A stretch of 64,000 bases of DNA, taken from NCBI GenBank assembly GCA_025201805.1, contig MU619242.1, forward strand, positions 201,187-265,186, read 5' to 3'. The DNA is from Parasitella parasitica NRRL 2501. Taxonomy: Eukaryota; Fungi; Mucoromycota. Each line of letters starts with the position of its first letter. The stretch's first letter is position 1. Positions 26,429-40,265 of this stretch are shown piece by piece. The translations under genes and the position numbers were made by a program. Under the pieces are notes generated by a model that saw only the letters and a list, made by a program, of their open reading frames with translations, was not told the DNA's origin and ran no database searches.

Positions 26429-29400
26429 GCTCTCTCCCCTGTCTTTCCTATATCCATTACTTCACTCAAGTCTTTTTTTTTTTTTTTTTTAAATTTTCCC
26501 AGTAGCTATATATTCTCGTAATCTCTTTTTTTTTTTCTTTTTGTTTCTTGTTCTCTCTTTCTCATCCTGTACAACAAATCAAATTATCGTCATATTGAAG
26601 CTTTTTTATTATATATATTTTTGGCTTATTGTGCATAAATTTGATTCTTTCTGGAAGTTTTTTAATCCAATTATTATGGCTTCGCTAAAGAGATGCAGAT
26701 CATGCTATTGACGGCAAATCTATTATGTATTTCATGGAGAAAGTCGGTAATCCAGCTATTCTCATGTCAGAAAAATAAGTCTCCATAAATTATAAGGCTT
26801 TTGATAGTATACCCATCCCTCACTGCACTAATCGTCCTCATCCATGTTGGCAACAATCCTGGGTTATTTCTACGCATCTAAAACAAAATCGTAAATATCT
26901 GTGCCGTATAAAGGCAGAAGCAGGAAAGCTTCGACATTTTCAATCTTGCATAACATGAGGATTCAGTGTGATTAAGCTAGAGATATTAGCATTTGTGGCA
27001 CCATAAATATCAGGTGATTCGTTGTGAGTTAGGGTTTTCATAAAGTGTGAATCAAACTTAAATTGTATGGTCGTGATAACCAGTTTCGAAGCTAATATAC
27101 TACTGCCTTCTTGAAAAACATCAGGAGTATATAGCATAAATGTCTAAGATTTCATCGTTCATAAATCAATAGAAACGTCAAAAAGAAAAATGAGAAAATC
27201 AACATGTAACTAATTGATGTGTTAAACTCAAGTAAACCCAAGTAAACCCAATATTGAACACAATCCAGGGATATATCCCAACGGATTATGCTTCATGTTT
27301 ATATCTCACCATATCTCACACTTGCACCCTATCCTTCCCATCAGTTCATTTAGATTCATTAGTATATAAACCATCATATCTTCCATGTAATAAACGAGAT
27401 CTTTACCTGATTAATTCACAGCTGTTTTATTGAATAATTTCTCATTCTGATACATAATAAGGTCTGCTTTCCTTATTCTATATGATGTATGAAATACTGC
27501 CAGTAATTCACATTTGTTTTTTGCAATTCAACGCAATAGTATACATTTAGGTAGTTTTATAGGTTTTTCCCCATAATTTTATTGATCAAATCCCTATCAA
27601 AGATTTTTGACACTTAAATTGGGGAAATGTCGCATATAGCCAAAAAATTATTGTTTATTTTGCTAAATTCATTGTTGTGTATGATAAACTGCACTAAATA
27701 ATAGGAGGGCTTGTTGCATCGTAGTGACAACACAATTGGAGCAAGACTTATTTATATTTCATTTGCTAATCATTATGAATGTGGATGATTCATCGGTAAT
27801 AGGTTTAGCGTTGTAATTTACCGTAGAATAAGTAAAGCCGAATAGATTGTGTCTTATACAGTACAAGACATTCCATGGCTAACTCTATTCAGCAGACTTA
27901 CCGATGCTATATAACCTTAGATCTGATCAAGAACGGTTGCCATGACAACTGAGTGGAAATAAACGTAAACATTGTATTCTAATATACAACAAAAAGATGG
28001 TTGGAACTCTCTCGCCGACAATTTTTTTCAAGGCAATGCGCCGTGACAATGCCTTAGCGCTTGCAATTGATCTTGGTGGTCTTGATTGCCTTTTTTTTTT
28101 GGAGCAGTCTTTCCCCTGTTTCAATGCAAACCTCAACGCTGCTAAGAGGCATAGAATGCAACAGTTTAGCCACTCTTTTTTTCTACAGAAAAACAGATAC
28201 TAGACTCGCCAAATCAAATTATTTAGTTAGTTTTATATTTTAATTAGCAATACTAACTGTCTCCTGTGAAATGATATTGCTTTTTGTCACTTCAGTACGT
28301 TTGTAAAGACGGTTACATATATTCACAAACACTCGATTTGTAGACACAAAAGAAACATAAAACTGCAGAGACGGGCTCAATTATTATGCGAACGATGAGA
28401 TACGATGACTAAAATATATGTGCATCAAATGTCTTGGACGGAGGTCCTGCGCATCGTCAAAAAAAAAAAAAAAAATAATAATAGATGCAACGTATACATG
28501 CGTATACATTTATAATGTAGAATAATATGAAGAAGTTCATGCAGTGTATCCATGCTAAGCGTACGTTATACCACATGCATAAGCTTATGAAAAGAACAAC
28601 CGAGATGTACGTTATCACTTCACTCTATAATATTATACAGTGTTTATTGTGTGTGATTAGAACACATTTACTAAGTTGGTCTTTTGCTGGCATAGTTTAC
28701 AAGGAAAAAGAGAAAATGTACATTTACGTTGTTCTCTGAAGGTGAGGTGACGTTAGATTCAAGATGCATTTGTATAGAAACTTTGACATTTGCTAACGAC
28801 CAAATGTTCTTGAAATAAGCTGTTTGAATCAAGTTAATTATGCAAAATAAAGCATAATATTAGAAAGAAAATAAATCGCTGGCATATTAGGCTAGCCTTC
28901 ATTTATAAACTATCATAAATGTATATCAAACATTAAATTGATTTTAGAAAATAATATCTTATTTGAAGATATTCTTAATTATGCAACAATAACAGGAATT
29001 TTTTATAAAAAGGTCATTATATGACGTCGTGTCACCGTTCTGTTGTTATTTTGGTACACTTAACCTTCTCGAATGCGCAAATGAGGGAGGTGGAGGAACG
29101 TTTCCTCAAAAGACGATTAGCGCAGACTGAGGTTTCTCGTCATGATGACAAAATGTATCATCATTAGGCCAACTTGACTACAAATGCATGGCAAGAAAAG
29201 GAGATGATGCTCTATCATATATACGGCAAAAACCCTCGGGCAGATTTTGGGCATCTACCTGATGAGAGAGATCAACAGATCTCTTCTAAAAAGTTCGATT
29301 TGTTTCTAATTGAACAAGTTGAGGCAGCTAACCCCGAAATGCATTAGTCGCGAAAACCGTGCACATCACTTGAATGGGAGAGGCAAAAACAATTATTTAT

Positions 29401-32400
29401 TTTGAAATCGAGTCTAGAAATCAATGGAATGAAAATGAAGGATAAGAGGAAGACAAATTTCTTTTGTCTCATGATTTAGGCATTGCTAACAAACGAGAAA
29501 ATTAAAAAGGTTGGTAGATTGAGTAAACGGTTGTATTTCTCCACCCTTTACTTTAAAATCATAGTATTGCATGATTTGTAACTTCTTTCTTTTTCTTTCC
29601 AATTTTTTCCATTTGTTATCAGAAAAGGAGATAAACCAAGGAAAAGGCAATAAAATCACCAAAAAAACTCTCATGCGTAAGAGAACGACAATTTGAATGA
29701 ATAAGACAAAATACTGTTACCAGCCTTGTAACGGATATGGTCTGGATAAGGAATACGGTACTCTGATATGGATTTACATTTATCAATATTAGGGTAATTT
29801 GTATATATTTTTAAGGAGTAAACGAGCAGAACTGATTCCGCTCACAGTCCAAAATGAAGGCAACACACATTGTTAGCACGATTATACTTGGTATATGCTG
29901 CACTTTATGCCTATTTTGTGCATTACCCAAATTACAAGTTACGTGATAATTCCACACCTTTTTTTTATTCTATTAACATACAGTATGTCACTCTTGCCTC
30001 TCACAAGGATAATATCTTTTGTGTTTTCCATGATAGTATCAATATTGTCGACATCATTGGTATTTAGAATATACATAGTTTGTGCAATAGGAAAAATAAA
30101 CAAACATCCCTAATACGTGTAATCATTTGATGTACCGTACATCACACAACTGTAAAAGATAGAGCAACTTTACAAGTGATAATCCAGCTGATTTTATTGG
30201 ATAACCCCCTTTATACTAACTAGACGAGTGTGGGGTGCAAAAAGGGAGAAAGTTATTGTAGTGCTGTACATGCAAATCGAATGTGATTAAAGAAAGTTTT
30301 TAAGGGGCAAAATGTATTTGCTACAGCTTAATTCAGAGTATGACGATGAATGAGGAAAGAAAAGTGAGGGAAGCATATCTCTTGGCCATTGTGTACCCTC
30401 ATACGATATTTGATGCATTTTTCTCGATAGGGAGAAAGTAGATAGTTTTTCCCTTATTCTTGAATACCGAGAATTTGTAATGATATTAACATCACGCAAT
30501 TCTTTTTACGCTTAATATATATGTTTGTGTGTCTGTACGATAAACATGTATATCACATTATACGAGATTTTACAATAGCCTTTCCTGTTTATTTTATATT
30601 GTCGATGAAGAGGACAAAAAAGGGATTAGATTAGGGGGTGGGGCAATGGGGAAGCTCCACTGGGGGAACAAGATTATAAAAACATAAAAGCAAGGGGATC
30701 ACACATTCTATTTGTTACAGAAGAAGCATTTTAGTATTCTTTTCATATCGCATTTACAAAATGCTAGTAGATATAACTAGAATATGACAAATCATTATAC
30801 CTCTACGCCATGGATAAGACAGAATGGTGCTTTGTCTGCAGAAAACTACAATTATGAATATATATATACGTGTATTTGACGTTTTATCTACAGACATGCA
30901 TCACTACTATGTAAGGTCTCCTAATTATGATCATATTAATTGGTTTAAAAAAGACATTTTATATATGGTTAAATCCTTTGTTTTATGAAAAATCCTCAAA
31001 TGATTATTTTTATATCATATTATATCAATGTGCATTATACCTATATGTTTTAGTTCCTTGCAAGAGTCATAACACAGGCCTATTCAAAAATTGAGTGATT
31101 AAATATGCTATGCTCCAGATTTTGAGGAGTTGAGTGTGGGTGGTGAGGCCAAGGAGAAGCTTCAGCATAAGTTTTGTTTGTATAATATACACAAATGAGT
31201 AGCAGAGATTCGATTGATTAAAATGTTCGATCCTGCTGTCGAGCAAACTGATTTTTATTTTGATTCATGCTTTATTTTGATGATTCATATGACTTGCGTG
31301 TTGCTGCTGCTGCTGCCTCTAATGCATAGGAAATTATTATTTTCGAGTCAAAGGTTAAATTTCGGTATGTTATGTAAATATGCATGTATATATATTATAA
31401 TCATGGTATGTAAAAAAAAAAAAAAAATGTATAGGGTTCTGGTTGTAACTTGTATATAACAAGATGCAATACCTATAGGAGATGGCTATTGCATGTTCAA
31501 ATCCGAGATATTCTCTCACAAAAAAATTCAGGGATAAACCATGTAGGTTACATAAGATACTTTTTTATTTATGTATACACAAAAAAAAACTCGATTCGCA
31601 TGCTTTGTGTGGTCCGAGATCCCTCAAATTTTGCCCTTTTTGAACAATCATTTTTTTTTTTTTTACTTATACCCTCATGTAGCAACAAGGATGGTAATAC
31701 AAATTAATTCAGCTTTCTAATTACAAAATCGAGTTTCTTGTTGTAAAAAAAAGGTTTCGCGTGGATATAAAAAGCTTATATTAAAGAGTATCTAGTGCAA
31801 CCAATATTTCAAAAAACAACTATATATAATCTCTGTCATACTCATATTATAAAAACAACCCCCCCCCTCTTTCCTCCTCTTTAGATACCTTTTTGTATAA
31901 ACATACGATAAAGTGACAACATTTTAATATCAAACTCTATATAAACATACATACATACAAACAAATAATTGCTATCTGATTTTATTAAATACATTGCATG
32001 TGGATAGTCCAAGTCGAGTTGCTTGTGATATCAAAAATTCGAGTCCATTGATCGACATTTGTAATGTTATACTGAGTTTATCGATTCTATTCTAATACAG
32101 AAGAACCGTCTCTACAGCAACTCCCATACATCTGTAATACTCCTTGTCTTTTTAAGGAATAAAAGTGATTTTCGTTCTTCATTTTTATATATATTTAAAC
32201 AAGGGGATGTGTTCTAGTCTTGGGGCAGAAAACCCAATTCACACCAATTTTAACTGTGAAATTCATAGTAGAGCCCCTTTAAAATATATATATACATATT
32301 GCTACCACTACCACTTGATTAGCGAGATTCTTGTCAATTCTATATAGGGGGAGGTGAGACACAAGAAAGTAAGGGGGGACAGTGTGTATCCTCAAAAAGC

Positions 32401-32594
32401 AAAAAACAGAGCAAAAGAGAAAGCAAAATACCCCGCCCCCAAAGCTACTCCAATATAAATAATATCAATGCAAGCAGTGTATCCCATAAACACACAATGT
32501 CTATAAAAGCACCTCCATTTGCAATGCCAATTTACCTTTTTCTCTCTTTTTTCTCTCTTCTCTTTCTCTCTCAATCAAAAACTATAATTTCAAC

Positions 32595-33437
32595 ATGTCT
32601 TTTCCATACTATCCAATGCTTGATAATTCTCAAGACACCACCATTATGTGCGATGACAACCTACTATTCTCCATCATGCCTGCCAACATGATGATCAAGC
32701 AAGAGCAAATTGTCGCTGATGATCTTTTGTTGACTGCTGGTTATTACCCTCAGCTTTACCAAGATTTCGCTGGAATTAGCTATCCTTCTAACGGCTACAG
32801 CTCTTGCAGTAGTAGCAGTAGTAACAACAGTGCTTATGACACTGCGTATTATGCGAATGCGTCTACTCATGCTACCGGCCCAGTTTCTTCTGTCACTTGC
32901 TCTTCGTCTCCTTCATCCCATTACTCTTACGACAACTTATACTCGCCATCAGATTCATTCACTAGCTTTGACTTTTTTTCACCAAACTCAACTTGCAACG
33001 ACTCGTCTCTCTATGAATATTGGTCAAATAACTCCTCTCCAGCATTAGTAAATCAAACATTTGACGCATCGTACTTTGAACAATCCACCGCAGATGTTTT
33101 GGGAGATTCATTAAGCATGCCTTCATATACATCATCGTCATTACCATCCACATCAACGGCGAGCGTAGCAACTTTATCCGGCAGAAAAAAGCCTCAAATT
33201 GAAGGAAAACCTTACTCATGTTCAACCTGTCGGCGCGCATTTGCTCGTAAGCACGATCTACAGCGCCATGTTCGTGTCCACACTGGTGATAAACCCTACA
33301 TGTGTCCTTGCTGCAAGAAGACATTTGCTCGTACAGATGCACTGAAGAGACATTTACGCATGGAAGACCAATGCCGTCAAAGCGATGAAGTACAAGCATT
33401 GAAAGAAACTGGCAGAAAACGATACAAAAATTTGTAA
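32595..33437 (+). CDS. Two-finger C2H2 transcription factor with Ser-rich N-terminus
   Basis: CSTCRRAFARKHDLQRHVRVH-TGDKPY-MCPCCKKTFARTDALKRH; intronless; TATAAAA near 32502. Confidence 0.93.
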   Translation: MSFPYYPMLDNSQDTTIMCDDNLLFSIMPANMMIKQEQIVADDLLLTAGYYPQLYQDFAGISYPSNGYSSCSSSSSNNSAYDTAYYANASTHATGPVSSVTCSSSPSSHYSYDNLYSPSDSFTSFDFFSPNSTCNDSSLYEYWSNNSSPALVNQTFDASYFEQSTADVLGDSLSMPSYTSSSLPSTSTASVATLSGRKKPQIEGKPYSCSTCRRAFARKHDLQRHVRVHTGDKPYMCPCCKKTFARTDALKRHLRMEDQCRQSDEVQALKETGRKRYKNL

Positions 33438-34850
33438 ATGACCTGTTTTCTCTCACCCGCTCTCTCTCTCGCTCTCTTTATCACACTCCCTTCCTGATTA
33501 TATACATACATACATACATATATACATATATCTACTACATTCTTTAGCCAAAACTCGCCTTTCAAGAAACCAACAATTACAAAAAAAAACAAAACAAAAA
33601 GAAGACTGTTGACAGTTATCTTTTTCCACTTTACATACTGTCATATCGCTCCGTTTTTTCTCGCAACTTCCCTCGCTCCTCGCCTTTAAATAATGACTAT
33701 ATGATTCCTCCAACACATACAAAAAAAACCAAAAAAAATATCACCACTCCTGCCCAATTTTCCCCAAGTTTGCCTTGCTTGTTTATTCCCCTTTACAATT
33801 ATGCTTTCATTTTTTTTTTTTTTTTATCTTTATTATGCTTTTTTTTTTATCATATCGTTTTATTTCATGAAATGGAAATTTAAATATCTTAGTCGTTAGT
33901 CGTAGTTTTAGTTTTAGTATAGTTTATCAATGCACAGATAAACAAAACATTTGTAAATATTATTTGGTAGCAATAACAATAAAAAACCTTTGAATTGAAT
34001 TTTTTAATGCAGACATCCTGATTTAATTGGAAAAGTCAGGGATAACTGATATTATTTATCTCCACATGTACTTCTCGGGATACTCTTTTTATGTACCTCA
34101 TCTGGTTCTCATGACAAAGGTTTAACCTTTGTATTTATTAATCACGTCCTTAAATCAAAGATCGACCTTTTTTCAATAAATCAGATGTACATTCTCCCAA
34201 ACAATTTTTTTCTTTACTAGCGCCGCGTGTGTATGTATGTGTGTGTGTGTGTTTTTTTTTACCATGGCAGTTTACATTATTGATGTTATAAACTGTGTGT
34301 TTATGTGTATATATATGGTGATAGTCAGGTGTTAATATCTGAAAAAGTTGAAAAGCAAGTTGCTGACCCGACAACTTGGTGAAGCTTAACTTTATAGAGT
34401 TTTTTTTTTTTTTGCGTTTCAACATAAACAAATGCGCGTTGTTGTATATTCTTGTAATGTTTATTTATACATGTATTCTTCTATTTTTTATTAATTGCTT
34501 CTTCAGGTATTAATGAGGATAGGAGTAAAGATTGGAAGCAAATTCGGCTGATCACTTTGTATCTATAAACGGTTACATGATTAAAATACAAAAAGTGGGT
34601 CTGGGCTGAATGTAAGCTGCACTGCCTTGTGTTGTGTGTACTGTTAGGAGTCTTCTGCATCTATATATATTTATGTGATGGCGATAACTCGAAAAAGAAC
34701 CGTTTTTTTTCTCATGCACACTAAAGCTACTCAAGGTTACCTTGAAAATTGTAGAAATGCAAGAAATATATTTATTTGTTTGGGTAAAAGGTTTTGTGTG
34801 TGTATATAAAGAGAGAGTTGGGGAGTAAAAAGTATCTAAAATGGGCTTGG

Positions 34851-35746
34851 CTAAAACGAAATGGATATTTCAGTGGCACCGCTACCGTCCAGTTCGTCCT
34901 CTTCGTCTTTTATATTATTGAAAGCAAGTCTTGGTAATACAAGGGAGCGAGTAGCTACTCGTTCTTCTTGCTGAGGACTATGTGTGATCCAAATACATGT
35001 GCGTCCCTTCAAAGTGTTTTCTACCAACAACGTAGACTCTGGGTCCAACGCAGAAGTAGGTTCTATCAAAGAGCATCAGTCAGACTACCCGTTGATATTT
35101 TTGTTTATCAAAATATAATACCATCCAAGAGTAAAACCTCAGGATTTAGTGCCAGCGCAATTGCTAATGCGGCTCTCTGCATTTCGCCACCTGATAGATA
35201 ATTCCAATTCTCATTGAAATGAGCAGCAGACAAGTTCCAATCCTTGCCAATTCTGATCTATTGCTCATATTATCAACATCGATATCTCACNNNNNNNNNN
35301 AAAAAAAAAAAAAAAAAAAAGAAAACAATGGCTTACTGGGTCATCAAAGTATTTGCCCTTCTGGGAAACGTATTTTTTTGCCATATTGAATAAATCCATG
35401 GGGGTTCCAGGATGAATAGCAGGTCGTTGAGGCACATACATAACTCTTGATCTCCATGTAGGGATGCCGAAATGGCATGGTGATTTACCATTTAGATTTG
35501 TTTGACCAGACGTATATGGAGTCAACTCTGCTAGACACTTTAATAAAGTCGTCTTTCTGTTATAAGCAGAGATTAGGAAGTGAGTCCCAATGTAATATAA
35601 ATATATTTTAAGATTTACCCTGCACCACTAGGTCCTCGCAAGACCAGAATGTCGCCCTTATCCAATGCAATATTAACATCTTTGAATAGCCATCTACCAT
35701 CACTAAGCTTCATGGATATACCCTCTGCTTGAAACACGGTAGCCAT
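34851..35746 (-). CDS. Stand-alone ABC ATPase with no membrane domain, FetA/YbbL/STAR1-like, 4 exons
   Basis: Spliced: Walker A GPSGAGKTT, WRSRVMYVPQ, signature LSGGEMQR, Walker B/D-loop LLLDEPTSALD, H-loop IWITH. Confidence 0.88.
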
Positions 35747-36190
35747 TGTATCGAGATTAATATCAAATAATGAAATATGAAACAAAGGTCTAGGTTTTTT
35801 TTTACATGTACCCTCAGATGCCTCTGCCCTCTGCCGTTGCTCTGTGACGTATCAAGTTAGGCCGTTACACACTCATGATAAAGAAGCCAAACTCGGTGCA
35901 AAAATGGATGTTCATTTATCAAAATATGTATAGGAAATTGATTGTAATTAAACAGGAGCAAGTAAATGGTGAACCATTATTAATTTTAATCAAATCGTTT
36001 GGTTGGGCTATTTTATTGTTTAGGAGTTGTTCTTTGGAGGTGGTGGAGGTGGTGTTGTTGTTGTTGCATGCTCTTTAATTTTTTGTGTGCGTGTGTGAGA
36101 CTTTTAAAATTCCATTCAAACAAACCATATAATACACCTACTCGTCTTTTTCTATTTTTCTCTTTTCTTTCATAATATAACAACTGTATT

Positions 36191-38023
36191 ATGGCCGCTA
36201 AACCACAGCACAAACGAAAGAGAAGTTGGGAAAAAGATTTTTACAAGAATGGAGCACCCACTGAGGTGATTATTATATCTGACTCTCCAACTCCAACACC
36301 TCCACCTTCTCAGCCAAAAGCTACAAATTCATCTTCATCCTCATCTTCAGGCAGCCATGACTCTCTATATCCATCAAACAAAAGACGCTATCTGCTTGAG
36401 CCTGACCACAAAAAGGTGTATAAAAATACCAGCGATCTCTCGATAAATCAAAGTAAGTATACGCCCTCTTGCACTACTGGGTTACATGGTTACCAACATT
36501 TTGTGCATCAAACATCAGATTTGTCGTCGTTTCATTTCTTCCCAGCAAGTACACTATATCCAGCGCCACTACCACCACCAAATTCAACAGCACCAGCGCT
36601 GCCGCCATCCACATTAGCGGCTGCTCACATATCAACCACATTACATCAATTACCAGCAGCACCAGCAGCAACAGCGCTTCATAGGAGACCTGTCCAAACA
36701 GCGACCACAGCCAAAGCAGAGCCAGTAGAGGTAAAATACATGTATAGCCTAATTGACATTGTTACGCTAACAATGAAATTTTAACGGCACGTAGGTTTAC
36801 GATGATAAAGATGGACATTACATTGTTCGACCAAATGAATCGCTAACGCAACAATGTGAGTCCCTTACATTAATAATGATTGATTTTCCTAACAACAGTC
36901 AACAGATAAAATCATGAGATTACTAGGCCAAGGCACATTTGGCAAAGTGGTAGAGTGCTATGACAGAGTTCGCCGAACATACTGTGCCATTAAAATCATC
37001 CGTGCCATTCCAAAATACAGAGACGCAAGTAAGATTGAGATTCGAGTCTTGAATACTTTGAAACAGCATGATCCCCTTAATCTCAAGTGAGTTGTCTTTT
37101 TCTTTTTGTTTTTTTGCTTTTTGGCTCGAACACTCAACTAACAGCATTTCTTAGCCAATGCATTCATTTGATCGAGTGGTTCGATTTTCGTAATCATGTT
37201 TGCATGGTGTTTGACCTCCTGGGCCCATCCGTGTTCGATTTCCTCAAATCAAATCAGTTCAGACCGTTTCCATCAACCCAAATTCAACAATTATCAAAGC
37301 AGTTGATCACCAGTGTAGCATGTAAGCGCATCTTTTGCAACAGTTCATCATGGACATCTCTTACTAACATTGCAAAAAGTCTTGCATGACCTCAAGTTAG
37401 TTCATACCGATTTAAAACCCGAAAACATTCTGCTTGTCGGCCGAACCTCAAAGACAGACATCCGCTTAATTGATTTTGGATCTGCTACTTTTGAAAAGGA
37501 TTATCATTCAGCTGTGGTGTCCACTCGACACTATAGAGCACCTGAGATTATCCTGGGGATGGGCTGGTCCTATCCATGTGATCTGTGGTCTATCGGCTGC
37601 ATCCTAGTGGAGTTCTTTACTGGTGATGCTCTTTTTCAAACTCACGACAACCTAGAACACTTGGCCATGATGAACACCGTACTAGGCCCATTGCCTCAAC
37701 ACATGGTTTTGTCTGCTAATAAAGAGGGCCAAAAGTTCTTTTATAAAGAGAGTAAAAAACTTAGATATCCTACGACAAAGACGACCAAGCAGAGCAAGAA
37801 ATTTGTGAGTGTCTTGAAGCCTCTTGAAGTAAGTGTTGTTATATTCAGAAAAATAAGCTTCCTTTATCTGACAACTAGGCAATTGTAGGAAATAATCGCG
37901 CCTGGAGACAATCAGCACAATATTTTCCTGTTGGACTTATTGAAAAAACTACTCGTCTATGAACCCAGTCAACGTATATCTGCTAGAGAAGCTCTTCGCC
38001 ACCCATTCCTTTCATGCTGTTAA
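36191..38023 (+). CDS. LAMMER/CLK dual-specificity kinase (Kns1/Lkh1 family), multi-exon
   Basis: [60 protein letters not shown]. Confidence 0.95.
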
Positions 38024-38132
38024 ATCTGTAATGTAATTCTTTTTGTATACCACCCTCTTCTATATATAATACACGTTTTCAAACATAAACATCAGTAAAA
38101 GCTTAACCTTTTTCCTCCCCCTCCCCCCCAAA

Positions 38133-38167
<35 letters not shown>

Positions 38168-38300
38168 CACATTGTCAAATAAACACTTGGTATTATGTAT
38201 ATTTATATATAAGATTGCAAAGTATGAAATGGAGTGCGTGTGAGCGAGGGCTGAGTGGTATAAGAGTATTTATATGCGTATTTATGTGGTGAAAAGATTC

Positions 38301-40173
38301 TTAATATCCTGATTTTTTCATGCTTTCGTCCATCCAAGATTTCAAGATTGGCATGTCATTGATCATTTGAATAATTTCATTCTCTTGGACATTCACTTGA
38401 ATCTTTCGCGTCCTATCTTCTTTGCTTTTACCCAGAGTAAGTATGCTTGACGTTTCCAGCAGGGTAAATAAATCATTCAATTCTGTTCTCGATACTGCTG
38501 AAATTGCTGTGGATGTGTCTGAGCATAATATACTATATTGTTCACGAAACTAACAAAGGCAGAGGTGAATAAAGTGATCATGAACAATGAAAAACTGCAA
38601 TTACCTTGCCCATAACAAGTTGGTCCTTCTTGTTGCCCTTTTTGCACTGGCGAAGCATAATCAAGATAACACCCAAGACAATCTTTTGTTGTAAATTCAG
38701 CTGCTTCAGCTTTTGGGCTGTAGAGCTTCCAAACACTACATTTAAAACCTTCATGACATGTATTACAGTGACTTTAGGCTCTTGTGTCGCCGGCAGTGAC
38801 GCACCATTTCCTCGCTGTTCACCCAGTACAGTAGTGTTGACAGCAGCAGCGCTTCTTTTCTTTTGCTCCATTTCTGCAAGTTCAATAGCTTGGCGGCAAA
38901 CGTCCAAAGCAGTTCTTAAATCGCCCATTGATGCAGCTACTTTACGGGCACACAACTCAATCGCGTTAGCTTGGATCAAAGGTGCTGGCGTACCGTCAGT
39001 AGGCTTGCATGGAGGAGCAAATGGGTCCTCGGGGTCTTCAATCAACGAAAACAGACGATCCCTGATGATGCTGGTGATTTCTGTTACTTGGTAAGGGTTA
39101 AAATTCAACAATTGGGGTTCGCAGTTCTTTGCTCGAAGACGAGGCAATATGCGATCTGTTAAGTCTAACGCATTCGCAATTCCGATAAGAACTAATTGAG
39201 AAGTAGGTAGTGAGGCCCATTCGAAAATCTTGTAAAGGACTTCCTGGTCTCTTGTAATTAATGAGTCAATTTCATCTAAAATAACAACACTAATTTATGA
39301 AAAGATCGTTAAAATATCGATTGTATGTAAGCATAGTATTTCTTTCTTACTTGAGTTTGTTCTTATTAGAGTTTATCAGCTCTTCGGCTTGTTTAACAAC
39401 GTCTTGCTGGATATTTGCAGTAGGTTTCAATTCTTCTATCAGCTTTTGGTAGATTTGCTTGGGTTCCCTGACACTCATACAATTTACAACAACGGTTGAA
39501 ACATGATGAGAACGCAGTGCCATAATGTCATCTTCCATAAGCCGCATGACTTCAGTGAGCATGGCTGTTTTTCCAGTACCTGGCATCCCAGAAACATAAA
39601 GGCAACCAGGTTTGTTAGCTACGACATGCTGCTTCCAAAACGAAAGCATTTGTTCTCTTTCATCCCCCCGGCCGATGAGTCTAGAAGGAATAGCTGTGCG
39701 TCTGAATACAGCCTTCGCTTTCTGATACAACGTCTCTTGTTGCTTGCATTTGCTTTCCTTGCGGTTGTTGATGTTGCTGTTGGTTAGTCCTTTGGATTTA
39801 AGGTAGACGTTTCGGCCATTAGGTGATTGCACTGTAAAACAAAAATAAACACATTAGGCTTATGATTGAAAGAACATGACGAGCTTACATTGTGCTAATT
39901 CCAGCTCTTTTGTAATGTTTCTGATATTTTGTGGCGTCTCTGGCTTTGTGTTGCTTGTCTTTTGTTTTCTGGTAGGTGTAGAAGGTGGCGAAGGCAAATT
40001 TTCCACATCATCTGTGGTTCTTCGCTTGGTGCCTGACATTTTGGTTTCTTAAAATTTTGTTGTAATAGATCGTTCGTGAATGAAAACTTACCTGCTCTCG
40101 TGGGCGATCTTTGTTGTTTGCTCTTATTGTCGAGTGATGACAATCTACTGCTTGAGCGAGTACGTTGTAACAT
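38301..40173 (-). CDS. CDC6: Replication licensing AAA+ ATPase Cdc6/Cdc18, multi-exon
   Basis: LIGRGDE, LYVSGMPGTGKT, VVNCM, VILDEIDSL, LIGIANALDLTDRILPRL, ARKVAASMGDLRTALDVCRQAIE, winged-helix C-terminus. Confidence 0.97.
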
Positions 40174-40237
40174 TTTATTAAGCAATTGAACAAAGAAAAA
40201 AGTTTTAATTCTCCCTCTTTCTTTCGTATAGATGTGA

Positions 40238-40265
40238 ACGCGTTTTACGCTTGTTTAGCGCGTCA
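40238..40265 (-). promoter_or_regulatory. MCB element (ACGCGT) plus a second MCB/E2F-like site upstream of CDC6
   Basis: ACGCGT at 40238-40243 and TTTAGCGCGTCA at 40254-40265, 65-92 bp upstream of the CDC6 ATG. Confidence 0.65.
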
